DNA of 64,000 nt from Octopus vulgaris (Eukaryota). Positions within the stretch are counted from its first letter, which is position 1. Every line of letters starts with the position of its first letter. Made by a program: the position numbers and the translations under genes. This document shows positions 1 to 14,195 of the stretch, piece by piece. A model generated the notes under the pieces. It had not been told where the DNA came from and searched no databases. It worked only from the letters and a program-made list of their open reading frames with translations. The stretch lies in NCBI GenBank assembly GCA_951406725.2, contig OX597817.1:135222001-135286000 (forward strand), written 5' to 3'.

Positions 1-29
1 ATCGGAGATTAAGAAACAAAAGAGACCAG

Positions 30-520
30 TTGGGAACATGGGAACGAATTGCATGATCGATGTTATGATAATGGAGTTGTTACGTTTGAATCATCACATC
101 TATGTCAGGAAGAAGTCCTTGAAAAAACTTTGTTCGAAAATGGTCAGCTTAATTCTCTAGAACTTGTTACAAATGGACATTGCACGCGTTGACTTTGGAG
201 TTATATTTGTAAGAACTGAAACAAGCGTAATAGATGAGTGCTTGGAGTAAAGAACGTGATGACAATATTGTTCTGTGAAGAACACGAAAAGAAAATCTTA
301 TGCGATATGTTAATACAACTCATTCAGATTCTCTCCGAATTTCTAAAGAAATTTGTGCCTTTTTATTAAAAGATCTTCAAGAATTGGAAAAATAACTGAT
401 GACAATTCTGAATAAAGGCGTGTCAAATAACTGTCGTTGATTGGTTGAAAACTGTGGTAGTAGGCGTGTCTTGACAAGTGCTTGAAGGAACAGCTATGAT
501 GAAGAGTACCAAAATGGCCA
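30..520 (+). pseudogene. Highly decayed DNA-transposase-like fragment, possibly hAT
   Basis: Non-repetitive stretch whose broken translation (CYDNG...QEEVLEK...NSLEL) loosely resembles hAT transposases; many stops. Confidence 0.3.
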
Positions 521-557
521 TCAATCTTGATGACGTTCATGATGCAGAATGTGTGTG

Positions 558-597
<40 letters not shown>

Positions 598-621
598 CGC
601 GCGTGCTCGTGAATCGCTTCC

Positions 622-832
622 CTTTTACTTTCTAGTTGTTTCAGTCATTGAACTGCGGCCATGCTGTAGCAACATCTTCGAGACTTTTCTAGTCGAACGA
701 ATCGACCCCCAGCTCCTTTTTTCTAAAACCTGGTACTTATTCCATCGGTTACATTTACCGTGCTACTAAGTTACGGAAAGTAAACAACCCATCACCGGTT
801 GTCATGTAGTTTTGTGGTCAGGACAAACACAA
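622..832 (-). mobile_element. SINE-B 3' module
   Basis: Matches the ttgtttcagtca..ctgcggccatgctg..atcgacccc..gtacttattc module repeated at 7560, 26330, 35240 and 56150. Confidence 0.75.
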
Positions 833-856
833 AGACATACACACCTACATACATAC

Positions 857-986
<130 letters not shown>

Positions 987-987
987 A

Positions 988-2104
988 GCTATAATGACAT
1001 CACAAAAACTGATACTCAGAACAATTATTTCCTATTTGATGACACATACTATCGTCAGAAATGCGGAATTGCGATGGGAACGAAAGTAGCTCCTGTTCTT
1101 GCGAACCTAATAATGGGCTATTTCGAATTCACCTCATATGAAGTATCACTTCAGAAATATGGTTGCCCATTTTACCTCTACATAAGAGAAGTTTGGAAGA
1201 CATACCTAGATGATTGCTTTATCATTTGGAAGGAGAACATCGACAAACTTTTGGACTTCAAATCAACACTAAATGATATAAATAGTAACATTCAATTCAC
1301 AATGGAATATAACAAAGAACAACTCCCATTTTTAGACATCATGATAAAAAAAGTTTACAATGAAATCATAACTGACATTTATTATAAACCAACTGATTCA
1401 AAACAATATCTTCTCTTTAACTCATGCCACCCAAAACACATCAAAATAAACATCCCTTTCAATTTGGCAAAAAGGAATTGCACAATAGTGTCTGATAGAA
1501 CAACTCGGGATCTTCGTCTTCAAGACCTCAAAACAACGCTTATTAAAAGACAATATCCACCCTCACTTATCGACGAGGGAATTAAACGTGCCAAACAATT
1601 AGACACAAAAACACTAAGAACAAAAAACATAGCACCACGCCTCAAACCAAAACTTTACCATTTATATCAACACACAACCCCAGAAACAGTGAGGCATTCA
1701 ACACTATTGTGCAAACTCTTCCTTTACTAACTAGAGATCCAAAAATGAGCGACATCCTCAAAACACACAAACTCATCAAATGCAAAAAACAAGACAGATC
1801 GCTAAAGAGACTACTAACAAACGCGAAGCTTTACAAAACAACCACGAAACCAACGGTTGAAAAGTGTGAACGCCCAAACTGTGGAACCTGCCACAACCTG
1901 CTTCGAGGCTCGGATGTCCTTTTCAAACAAGGACAGAGATCAACAATTAAAACTAGTTTCACTTATGCCTCTGAGAACCTAATTTATGTAATACCCTCCT
2001 CGGGTTGCGGACACCACTATATTGGACAAACGAGTATGACTTTGAGAAAGAGAATCACTCTACATAAAGAGCAAATCCGTTTCCCGCAATACAGGCAAAT
2101 TCCT
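988..2104 (+). mobile_element. Penelope-like retroelement fragment: RT, Cys linker and GIY-YIG endonuclease (Neptune-like), frameshifted
   Basis: ORF 1074-1730 has GIAMGTKVAP, YLDD, LPFLD, YYKPTD and SCHPKH PLE RT motifs. ORF 1709-2197 has CERPNCGTC, NLIY and YIGQT..LRKRITLH. Confidence 0.93.
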
Positions 2105-2265
2105 TCGTCTTCCCTTCCTTTTGACCTTCCTCTATTTCTGAAGAAGAGCTTTGTTCGAAACGTTAAATACTCCTTCATTCCTTTCGTGAACATCTGATAA
2201 TACAGTACTTGTACCACGTCGTCGCGTTATTGTTTTTTCTTGTTTGTTCTTCGTTTTGATTCACT
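2105..2265 (+). mobile_element. Short HHR-bearing repeat, family H1 (PLE pseudo-LTR or retrozyme-like)
   Basis: Homologous to 15005-15195, 24445-24612 and 51206-51375; ends at (TA)n/(TG)n. Confidence 0.8.
2133..2169 (+). ncRNA. Minimal type I hammerhead ribozyme
   Basis: tattt CTGAAGA a gagc ttt gttc GAAAC GTT aaata: 5-bp stem I, stem II and palindromic ACGT stem III. Confidence 0.8.
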
Positions 2266-2291
2266 ATATATGTGTGTGTGTGTGTGTGTGG

Positions 2292-2356
<65 letters not shown>

Positions 2357-2588
2357 GAGGAGTGAATACAAACACATCCCAATCTATTTAACATTCACTC
2401 TACGTTGACTGGTGATACAGTATGGGCAGATCTTCGAAATCCAATGAATCTTTATACAGTTATACAGTTTCGAAATTTTACAAATGTACTTTCTCGGGGA
2501 GATATGATATACCTATTATAATGGGTAATACTACATGTACTTTCCATATTTTTTATAGTGTGATGTAACTCTTTGGAATAACAATGTT

Positions 2589-2681
2589 TGTGGCTGAAGA
2601 GAGCTTTAAACCATCTTTTATGTCAATTATACACCGATGTAAGAACGGGTCATTTATAAAGCTTGAAACACGTGTACTGCG
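2589..2681 (+). ncRNA. Type I hammerhead ribozyme with long stem II
   Basis: tgtgg CTGAAGA gagcttta...taaagctt GAA ACACGTGT A ctgcg: 8-bp stem II, 8-nt palindromic stem III, GUA site; stem I is wobble-rich. Confidence 0.75.
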
Positions 2682-2720
2682 ATATCCTTTGTGTTATGTT
2701 TTTGATTTTATTTGATATAT

Positions 2721-2804
<84 letters not shown>

Positions 2805-2806
<2 letters not shown>

Positions 2807-3030
2807 CGGTGAGCTGGCAGAAACGTTAGCACGCCGGGCGAAATGCGTTGCCGTATTTCGTCTGCCGTTACGTTCCGAGTTCAAATTCCGCCGAGGTCGA
2901 CTTTGCCTTTCATCCTTCCGGGGTCGATAAATTAAGTACCAGTTACGCACTGGGGTCGATGTAATCGACTTAATCCGTTTGTCTGTCCTTGTTTGTCTCC
3001 TTTGTGTTTAGCCCCTAGTGGGTAGTAAAG

Positions 3031-3035
<5 letters not shown>
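2805..3035 (+). mobile_element. tRNA-derived SINE-A, near full length
   Basis: A-box-like tggcagaaacgttagc, B box gagttcaaattcc, central gcctttcatcc..gtcgataaa..gtaccagt and tail gcccc..gtgggtagtaaagaaata; many copies in the window. Confidence 0.9.
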
Positions 3036-3085
<50 letters not shown>

Positions 3086-3285
3086 CAATTCAAAGAACAA
3101 ACAATTTTAAAAAGACACATGAAAAAGAAAAGAAAACTCGAACGTGAGGTCGTGCACAAGAAATATATTAATTTGACGCGCGGTGAAAGGAGAGTTACAA
3201 ATGTGAATATTTGCGATTGTTTGAACAACTGGTTTGTTGTTCAGATGCGCACACACACACACAGACAGACATGTATGTGTCTATG

Positions 3286-3346
<61 letters not shown>

Positions 3347-3407
3347 GTATGTATATATTTGTGTGAATACGTATGTGTGTTTGTCTTTGTGGGTTGTGTT
3401 TGTGTTT

Positions 3408-3482
<75 letters not shown>

Positions 3483-4124
3483 TGTGTGAAGAATTACCCT
3501 CCCTCCTTTGAAGCAGTCCAGCCTTCAACCAATTCCGTGCAATCCCCAAGTCACCAACATTTTCTCCACCCCACCCCCATCCCACCCATCTTCCGTAAAA
3601 TTGTTTTTACATTTATTTGCTGATATTTTTATGTCATTTTACTTTACTTTTATTTTGTTTTTCATTTATCTCTTATTATTTCTTCATATTTTACTTTAAT
3701 CATGGGTTGCGAATGTAGCACTTTATTTTAACTGATATGAGAGTTTTAATATGGGGCCGCAGTCAATCTTTACTCTGACGATGATTTTTTACCGACTAAA
3801 GCAGTTTCAATTTACTCTGTTCCGGGCTTCCATATATTGCATAAAAGTGTGAACTTGGCGTGATCACTTAAAGTTGAGTTGTTGGTGTTACTGGGCGTGT
3901 TATTCAGATATGCAAAACTGGGATATAAAAACTTTGTTTTCTGCATGTGTGTGCATGCCTATGTGTGTGCATGCCTATGTGTGTGCATGCCTATGTGTGT
4001 GTGATTGTCTATGCGTACACACACACAAATTCATGTATACATATATGTACACACACAAACATATACACACGACACACGCACAAACATGCAGACACATATA
4101 CACATGTATGTATTGGGTCAACCC

Positions 4125-4520
4125 ATAAATAAGGCGGCTTTTTTTCGATTGCATGAACCGCTTGTGATACGCTCTATTTGCTACCAACAACCGTTAAAGG
4201 GTTGGCTAGGGATGCCTTGGCTGTTGATGCGCAGACATGCGCTGAGGTTGAGGCATCTGTGGCTCTACATGGATGGTAAACAGGTGTGGTCTCCGCTGGC
4301 GAAACGGATGTTTCCCAAGTTCACTAGTTTCGGTGGACGAGAAACCTGGTCCTATCGAAGATCGAAGTTGGGTACATGGTTTACGGAGTGTCGCAAGCTT
4401 CTCCTGCTATTCCGTCGCTCGGGTAATGCCTGCGGTGGAGGTTCCACCACATTCTTTTATAGAGGGAATGTGACGCTACCTTTGGGAAAAACCTAGGTCT
4501 TGACGATAATCAGCTGTTAG
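4125..4520 (+). mobile_element. Tx1/L1-clade LINE ORF2 fragment (post-RT)
   Basis: LVIRSICYQQPLKGWLGMPWLLMRRHALRLRHLW is homologous to the minus-strand LINE at 8085-9585. Confidence 0.8.
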
Positions 4521-4666
4521 TCTGTATAAATAAAACGCATTATTTATGGGATGACCTAATATATATGCAAGAACGAAACTGCGTATATAGACATGTGTGC
4601 GTGTATATGTATATTTATATCTCTATATAAATATATATGTGTGTGTGTGTATGTAGGTAAGTATGT

Positions 4667-4726
<60 letters not shown>

Positions 4727-4742
4727 GTATGTAGATAAGTAT

Positions 4743-4782
<40 letters not shown>

Positions 4783-5014
4783 AGGTTATGAGGTGCAATA
4801 GAAAAATGTCACATATTTTACACAGCCACTGGTACATTGGTACGGCGCTCGTAAAGTTAAGCATATGGGAATGATGTCTTCGTGTGGCTTATGATTTATC
4901 GGTTCATTTTTTTTTTTAGCTACACTCATGATTTGTAACTGTGCATACCGTGCGTTTTCTGTTGAATTGTTTCCCAGTCTGTATGTGCATATATACATAT
5001 ACATACATATAAAC

Positions 5015-5099
<85 letters not shown>

Positions 5100-5206
5100 A
5101 AGGATTCTGTTAGAATCAGCTACTTGAAAAGATATGCACCAGGTAGGACTGGATAAACCTGTGGTTTCGCCTTGTGGTTGGTAAGTATCAAATTACTTTT
5201 CCTTTG

Positions 5207-5306
5207 TTTGTGAAATTAGGTTTCACTTGATTACTGTTTTTGTAATGGAGTAATGCTCTCATTCTTCTATTAAAAAGAAGCGTAACAGGTGTCATGAGCT
5301 CACAAA
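5207..5306 (-). ncRNA. Decayed hammerhead motif with long stem II
   Basis: Minus strand tttgtgag CTCATGA cacctgttac...gtaatcaagt GAAAC ctaat ttcacaaa: strong stem I, mutated core (G5C) and stem III. Confidence 0.4.
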
Positions 5307-5329
5307 TATCCATGGTAGGTTATTATCCA

Positions 5330-5426
<97 letters not shown>

Positions 5427-5472
5427 ATATATATATATATATATATTTATGTATGTATGTATGTATATATGT

Positions 5473-5598
5473 AGTTGGAATTTACAAAAAAAAAAACAAA
5501 AGACGAAGACGGGTGTGTAAACAACAAAGTGATGTATTAGTTTAACGCTCGTGAAAGTGAGAAATTCTTTTACGTTTCGAGCCTACGCTCTTCAACAG
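5473..5598 (-). mobile_element. HHR-bearing short repeat, family H2 (5'-truncated)
   Basis: Minus strand CTGTTGA a gagc gtag gctc GAAAC GTA aaag; homologous to 18905, 19240 and 56598. Confidence 0.8.
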
Positions 5599-5994
5599 TA
5601 TGTGTGTGTGTTGTGTGTGTGTGAGTGTGTGTATGTGTGTGTGTATGTGTGTGTGTGTGTGTGTGTACTTGTTGCAGAATCGTACCTGTCTTGCAAGTGA
5701 GTCGATTTGAGACGACGTGTTGAAACTGAAGCAGGCAGGGTGTGGAAGACCCATTCTAACCAGTTGATAACGTACAAACTGTTAAATTCACTTTCAGTTC
5801 AAGATTATTTCATCTGATGCCAAAATTTTGACACCTCAACCGGAGCTACATACATATGTACATGCAAGCATACATACATACACACATAAATATATACATA
5901 TATATACATGCTGCTAAATGGCTAATAAGCAAAAGAGGTTGTGAAGTTTATGGAGTTCCAATATGAAACAGAAAACCTACGTTAACTAATATTT

Positions 5995-6680
5995 CTGCAG
6001 CTATTTGTCATATTTGCGATTAGCTGCCGAAAATTGTCATAAAATTACTACCTCCCTATGAGACACGTAGTTGTCGCAAAAACAATATACAATGCTATTT
6101 GGAGGGAAAAAAGACTGCTCTGGAATATAGAGAATCTATCTGTTCTTGGATACGTACTCAGTCATCACAAACATCAGCAAAAAATGATACGGGTAGAACA
6201 TTCCCTCCAAAACATCTGTCAAGCGTAAACAACACGCCTGATATTGTCGTTTGAGACAAGCAAGTAATATATACACTGCCAAAGACGTCAGCTGTCCTTC
6301 TGATGTGAATGTCTCTTTGAAAATCAATGAGAAAGAGGATAACTCTGGACAACTGCTTGGAAACCTCCGGCTTCTATATCCGGATTATAAATTCACATTT
6401 ATACCAGTAACAATTGGTTCACTTGATTTTCTGAGTAAATGCCTAACTGTCGTTCTGGATAAGCTTGGATTTTCAGAAAAGGAAATCATACCAATTGATT
6501 TGCACATTAGATATACAACCTGTAAGTGGAACAGTAAAACTGTTGAAGACTTTCTCAGGTTTAAAATCCGACAATGTTTCCGTTATCTACACTGCAACGA
6601 TGGAGCTATGCATCTTTGTTAGAAATCAGTTCCTTCCTCAGAGGAAGAACTTAAATGATCAAAACCAGAAGAGAACAAAC
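5995..6680 (+). mobile_element. R4/Dong-type non-LTR retrotransposon 3' fragment (restriction-like endonuclease)
   Basis: Decayed YYLPMRH..VAKTIYN, then DVSCPSDVNVSLKINEKEDN and FIPVTIGSL, typical of the RLE domain C-terminus. Confidence 0.75.
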
Positions 6681-6895
6681 ATCTATCCATATACGTATAC
6701 ACACATGTGTGTATGTATTTCTTGTGCGTGTGTGTGTGTGTGTGTACTAAAATAACAGAGGACACAAAGTGGTACCAGCATTGCTAGAAATCAGAGTCAA
6801 AACCACTCATTAGCTACAAAAGCACTATCTTAGAATGTTGACATGAGATAAAGCTCCCTACAGTCGCAGATATAGCCATATCACGTGATAGATAA

Positions 6896-6937
<42 letters not shown>

Positions 6938-6957
6938 GGACAGACAGACAGACAGAC

Positions 6958-7033
<76 letters not shown>

Positions 7034-7250
7034 GTTTCTTTATTAGCCACACAGGGCTGCACACAGACGGGACAGATTACAAAGTAGAGCTTTTCTTTTC
7101 TGGGGAAAAGAAAAAAAGAAAGAAAAAGAAAAAAGGTGGGGTAGGGTTTCGATCAAGAGGGATCTTGTATCACAGTGTCATGATGTAAAGTGTAAAGGGG
7201 GAAGCAGATAAGGTTCATCCGTGGGAAAAAAAGTCTACTGAAAAGGGACA
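7034..7250 (-). mobile_element. Tx1-like LINE 3' end inside (GATA)n
   Basis: Minus strand ends gcagccctgtgtggctaataaagaaac and runs into atct repeats; sister copy at 25379-25712. Confidence 0.6.
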
Positions 7251-7280
7251 GACAGACAGAGAGACAGACAGATAGATAGA

Positions 7281-7375
<95 letters not shown>

Positions 7376-7559
7376 CCTTCTTTCTTTATTTATTAATCAA
7401 ACATTTAGCCTTGTTACATTCAAACGGTCAGAGAACTGCATTGAGAGTTCTCGTGTCTGAGAAGTACTCAGATCTTTTTACACATTGATTTTGCGAGTAG
7501 GAATTCAGTTGGTCGAACAACTAAATGCTCGTCGTGTAAACCGAATTCTTTCTTTTCTT

Positions 7560-8048
<489 letters not shown>

Positions 8049-8084
8049 GGGAATTCTTCATAATATAAAGTTCCATCTGGAGCA

Positions 8085-9585
8085 GTATTTCTTTACCTAT
8101 AAAGCTATACATAGAGGGAACACTACAAGAGACGAACACTTACATTCGTACAAAGTGTGGGGTTAAAATGAAATAGAAGAAATCGGATGTCGAATATAAA
8201 AGGATGAAAGAAAATTATGTACAGTTAAAAATTTACAAAATAATGTTCCGGGTTATTTTTTTATGGTTAACCCACCGATTTTGTTTTTCTCCTTTAGTTT
8301 GTTCCGTTTTTACCTTCCTTTTCGCCTTGACCTTCTATGCTAACCCGGCCCCATTCATCCTCAGCTTCCTTGCTACAAACATCCATCTTTTTCCGAACGT
8401 ACTTTGCGACAGGCACCTTTTCTCAAGACGAATCTTTCTCAACAGGTGGAAGTTGAAATAACTTACAAACCCGTGTCCGGAGATGAAGTGACCTGTCACA
8501 ATCCTTTTCGCTCTTGTCGTCCCTACTATTTCTTTCATTATGACTACTACGCAGAGAAAAGATGTCTTCTTTTCCTTGTTGAAGGAAGAAGGCGGTAGAT
8601 CTTAATCATGGAATCAGTCGAGAGCCGTAATCTTTCTGCATCCGACATCAGTTGTTCGACATAGGTTATCAACTCCCTCAATTCCTCGCAGTGTACGAAG
8701 GCGTGCGCGTCAGTTTCATTAACGCGCCCGCACCTCGGGCATGAGGGGGAGGTGTCAAAACCGTGTCTAGACAACCTCTCTCGAACTGGTAAGGCCGATC
8801 GGTAACACAACCAGGCTAAGGACTTCAGGAAGTTATCCGGATACCTGGGCCCGAATGTCCTTCCGAACAGATTGGTCAGTTGCTCCTCATCGAAGCCTAG
8901 AGTCTCCCCCAGGACATCGTCGGACTTATGCTCTACCAATCCTCTATAAACATCCGCAGTGGTAGCCCCGCTGTCGGTATTGCTCGCCCGAGAGAACAGA
9001 GTGAGTGCTTGTCTGCACTCCCTCTGCCATTCTCCCATCCTAGGTCTCCGCTAGATCCATGTACCTAAGTCCCCGAGGGACCTCAGGTGTGGAAAGAGTT
9101 GCTTGGCATGCGGTGACCACACGTGCTCACCATCCAGGTGGCACCAGACATGCCTCAGCCTCAGCGCGTACTTGCGTGTCATCAGCCAAGCTATCCCCAG
9201 TCCACCCTTAACGGTTTTTGGCAGCAGATGGAGCGCCTCACAAGTGACATTCTCCCCTTCCACAAAAAGCGGAAAAGGATCCGTTCCACAAACTGGGGCA
9301 ATGCACGACGGTTAGACGGTAGGTTGTTACCGATGCTATAAACACCTGTGCAATCTAGCAAAGATAACGTCCTCCTAAACCAAGTCTGAGTTATGGCCGT
9401 CATCTTGCTCCCCACCTCGCTCCAGTTTTTTCTCCACCTTGAGATCTGGTCCAAACCAGATTCCGAGCAATTTAACAGGGCCCTCCGTCCAGCGTCCGAC
9501 GACGCTTTGGGGCAGCATCGACTTACCACGCCACATGCCGAATTGCAAACCGACTGCTTTCTCCTGGTTAATTTTTGCCCCTTTA
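8085..9585 (-). mobile_element. 5'-truncated Tx1/L1-clade LINE (end of RT, CCHC region, 3' UTR)
   Basis: GAKINQEKAVGL; ERILFRFLWKGR; KSLAWLCYRSALPVRERL..CPRCG..ETDAHAFVHC; LRKIRLEKRCLSQSTFGKRW; tail taaagaaata. Confidence 0.9.
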
Positions 9586-9769
9586 AAGGGTGTTTGCTAT
9601 AGCGTTACAAAATCAGAAAAAGAGTTTATGTTGAGTACTAAATTCATCCGCCTAAATGACTCTAAGACAGCACTGAGTAATTAATGTATGTTGAATAATG
9701 ATTAATTTCAATTAAGTATTAACGTTTATATACGATAACAACGATACATTAATTACAAAATGTAGTCTC

Positions 9770-10005
9770 GAGACCTGGAACTCACAAGGCCGGTCACTCA
9801 GTTTCCAAGGCGTATAAGGGACTGAGATGACAACATTCTCCCTGAACTGAACACCAGTCCCTTGCAACGTTACTCATTTACACCCGAGAGAACTGGAGGA
9901 ATGTGAAATGAAGTGTTTTTTGCAAGAACATAAGGCACTGTCCAGTCCGAGAACTGAAACTACGGTCTTTTGAGCAACACACCAAATCCTTGACCATGCA
10001 CTTTC
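9770..10005 (-). mobile_element. Old tRNA/CORE-like SINE
   Basis: Minus strand gttcttgcaaaaaacacttcatttcacatt..ctccagt..taaatgagtaac; related head at 40543-40612. Confidence 0.55.
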
Positions 10006-10443
10006 ACATAATTAAATACACGCTCTTTACTATAGAAATACTCAATGTAGGGGCTAAGCTAAATTGTTTCTTTAAAGTTTAAAGTGTAACGACGTGCTGA
10101 CCGCAAACAGCAATTTAAAAATAATTTTCTTGAATACTCCAGTCAGAATTCTTTGAGTTGTTTCTATATTATTCAAGAAGAGTTTCTTCCTTGAAAGCCA
10201 ATTTCTTTTCTATGGAATGAATTGTGAGGAATTTAAAACCTATTTTGGTCGATTAGTTTACAAACGGTTCCTTTATAAATATTTGATTGACCAACTCAAG
10301 CTGAATATAATTCTTGTGTTTGGCGAGCTGCTGCTCTAAGCTGAACAAAATGTGTTCGTAAGTCTACCGAAGAATGGTTCTTTAAGAATACCAATTGTTA
10401 CTATATGCGTCACTATTTCCAAAGGTATAATTACTCACCCGTA

Positions 10444-10527
<84 letters not shown>

Positions 10528-10596
10528 CATCCATCCATCTATCTATCTCTACCTCTATCTCTACCTCTATCACTATCTCTATCTGTCTCTGTGCAC

Positions 10597-10644
<48 letters not shown>

Positions 10645-11113
10645 ACAAAGGTATATATGTGTGTGTGTGTGTGTGTGCATATTGTGCATATATCTATGTA
10701 TATTTATGTATATACACATATATATATAAATATCTTTATCTTTTATCCTTTACTTCTTTCAATCATTAGGCATGTGTGTGTGTTTTTGTGTATGTGCGTA
10801 TATGTATATATGTGTATATGTATATATGTGCATGTGTGTTTGTACCATCAGTTGACACAGATGTCCAAAACTGGACGTGGTTCAACTCCTTATTCAAAAA
10901 GAATAGAACGATGTTTAACGAAATAACAAAACAGAAATAGATAAAATTAAAAAAACAAGTTAATATATGTGATGCCATTTCAGCCATTGTTCGTAATATG
11001 GTATTCTGTTACCATACGATTCCATTGAATCATATTCTGGAATAAGGATATATCTATTCTGGTAAACAATGTGTTCGCGTCAGTTAAAGTGAGGAGATTA
11101 ATCTTAAAGAATA

Positions 11114-12280
11114 CTAGCAGACATACACGGCGTTACTCGGAGTTTGAACAGCATAGTTTGTATATATGGTACAGTTAAGTTGAAACATGTGATACAGGGA
11201 AATGCAGCATTGCCGACAAACCATTTGTGGAGTAAATGAAGAGCAGATTGGACTAAGTGACATGTCAATCGTCGGTTTAGAAGATTCCAGGCCCTAACCT
11301 TGTCATGGAAATGTGGGTGGAGCGAATGGGATTTTTGGACGCACCGAAAAGCTGTCAGTGAATATACTCATTTTTATGGCTGTTGGTGCTGCCGCTATCA
11401 CGCTGAACAATACGCAGACATTGGAACTACATCTATGTGATAAGTTAAGCTTGTGGACGCGCTCAACAGCACCACATGAGAGAAATCTACAGGAAAGAAA
11501 TGAAGTGGTAAGGGGGGGGGTGATAGGTAAGGATGCGCTTGAAAACAACACTGTCGTCATGCGATATTTTGGTTCGGAATCAATAGTCGTGGCTCCACCG
11601 TGCACTCCTTCGCAAAAACAACGTCTGACCATTGTGGGGGCAACTCAGCTTCCAAACGAAAACAACTTTACATGCAGCGTCTGGGCACGCAAGGTCACAT
11701 TAAGGTCACAGTCCCTAACTAACGTGGCTGGATCTTAGACACCATAAATTAATAGGTTAATGTACATGCAATATTTTGGTTTGTAATCAACAGCTGAAGA
11801 ATATTCGTATGGGTTTCATCTATGCTTAGAAGGGAGACTTTCATAATGAAGCTAAAAGAAAGTAGTAGAAGAGTTGCTCAGGATTTAACATATTTTAGCA
11901 TATTTTTCATAATAAACATAATGCGTTCCAAACGGTTTTTTATTCCAACAAATTGCTACCTATGGTACTACGGGAACAGGCTATTATTGCTACCACTTAG
12001 ACAACGCAGTTTAGAGTCTAAATCGGGTCATCCATTTAATACAACCTACTCATATAATTTCAGTAGCTGTTTTTTCCAGTTTGAACAGAAACAATGCGTG
12101 GACAATGTGAGCAGTTTGTACGTACCCTAGGAGAGGGAGTTTTCTGCCCCCAGAGGCCCCATTACTCATTATGTGAAAAGCTTTAAGAGTCTAAAACCAT
12201 CTCTGGAACATAAGTAAGGCATGTTCCCAGTTTGGAGAAAATAAGTTGCGAACTTCACAAGTTCTGCGGGTTTACACACA

Positions 12281-12364
<84 letters not shown>

Positions 12365-12386
12365 TCCTCAGTTTTATATATATAGA
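11114..12386 (-). mobile_element. Non-autonomous Helitron, ~1.27 kb
   Basis: Minus strand starts A|TCTATATATAT and ends with a hairpin (ccgagtaacgccgtg) plus CTAG|T; termini match the 33226 and 46903 elements. Confidence 0.75.
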
Positions 12387-12770
12387 TGACGGAATTAAAA
12401 AATTCCGAGAGTGACGTCTTTGTATTTTACAATGCAAATACGGTACAACCTTACATACATAATACAGTGAGTGATAACACACCGATTGGCTTCTTAGGTC
12501 ATTGATGCATTTGGTAGGCAGTAAATGAAAACTCCCTCCACGTGACTTTGAAATTCTAAGGGCAAAAACAAGGGAAATAACTCCTATAATATTAATTGAA
12601 ATTTTATAGAAATATAGAAATTGAATAAAGGGAATAGCCATGGATCTTACAACAAATGAACAGAACGTGTTTTGCCTTTAATAAATCTTCTTGGCTAAAT
12701 ATGTGTGTGTACATAGGAATATATATGTGTGTGTGTGCGGTAAATATATACATATCTTCATACATATTTT

Positions 12771-12834
<64 letters not shown>

Positions 12835-12924
12835 CAGTAGTAGTGTTCTTTAAACTCCTGGTCAATCCTCACCAAACAAAACTATTAACAAAGACCGCTG
12901 TCCGCGTGACCATCCCGTCCTTAA

Positions 12925-12972
<48 letters not shown>

Positions 12973-13461
12973 GAGGAGAAAGAATAGAAGAGAAAGAAAG
13001 GATATATCGGAAAGCTCATCCTGGATATATAACGTGTTGCTACTTAGCATGCTTGCTGAGCCGAGATCAAATCTTCCCTTTGGCCAAGAATACGCTCCAT
13101 AGACTCGGACTGTTGTAAGACGAGATAAAACTTCATAATTCTATAAAAGCTTTGAAATACGTTACAAGGCATGTAATCTTCTTCACAGGATGCATCTCAG
13201 ACGAAAGCGACGTACACAAGAATTTTTGGCAAAAGACCATTTTCCAAATGACTTCATTAATCCGAAGAATAATCGCCTAAACATCTCCCTAACACCTACC
13301 GTTATCAGGTGTAGCTGAGAGAGAGGGGGGGGGGAGAGAAATTGGAGCAGCGAAAACTAAAGGTAAACCTGAGAATTGGAGAATTGAGAAGAAATGTTGT
13401 TGAAAGATAAATTCAACAAAGTAGATTTATTTCTAAACACTGTGTAGTCAGCGGAAAGTGA

Positions 13462-13535
<74 letters not shown>

Positions 13536-13569
13536 CATACATATAAATATATGTATATATATGTATATA

Positions 13570-13613
<44 letters not shown>

Positions 13614-13742
13614 ATATACATATATATTTATATATATATATGCATGTATATATAAGTATATATAGATATGAATATACAGATATGTGTGTGGGTGGATAAG
13701 AGTATGCATACATAAAATTATATATATATATATGTGTGTGTG

Positions 13743-13814
<72 letters not shown>

Positions 13815-14035
13815 TATATTTAGACATACATGAGTTTACAATTTATATATATATAATTATATATATATATATATATACATACACATATATATATACACAC
13901 ACACACTCAAACACAGTTACACGCTCTCACACACAAGTATAAACGAGTTAATATGTGAGTGTGCGTGTATATGCATAGAAATATACATACATACATACAT
14001 ACATACATACATACATACATACATACATACATACA

Positions 14036-14067
<32 letters not shown>

Positions 14068-14195
14068 CGACACGCTTTTTTTAGTTTCTGGCTAGCAAAT
14101 CCTCTCACAAGTCTTTTATCGGCCCGAGGTGCCACACAGTGGGACTTAATCCGTAGCCATGCGATTGGGAAGCAAACTCCTTACGTTACAAACAC
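14068..14195 (-). mobile_element. SINE-B head, decayed
   Basis: Homology to 7890-8048. Confidence 0.65.

Noticed and set aside
5700-5775. GRVWKTHSNQL resembling a gypsy integrase C-terminus
   Set aside because: Too short, with no other LTR-element sequence nearby.
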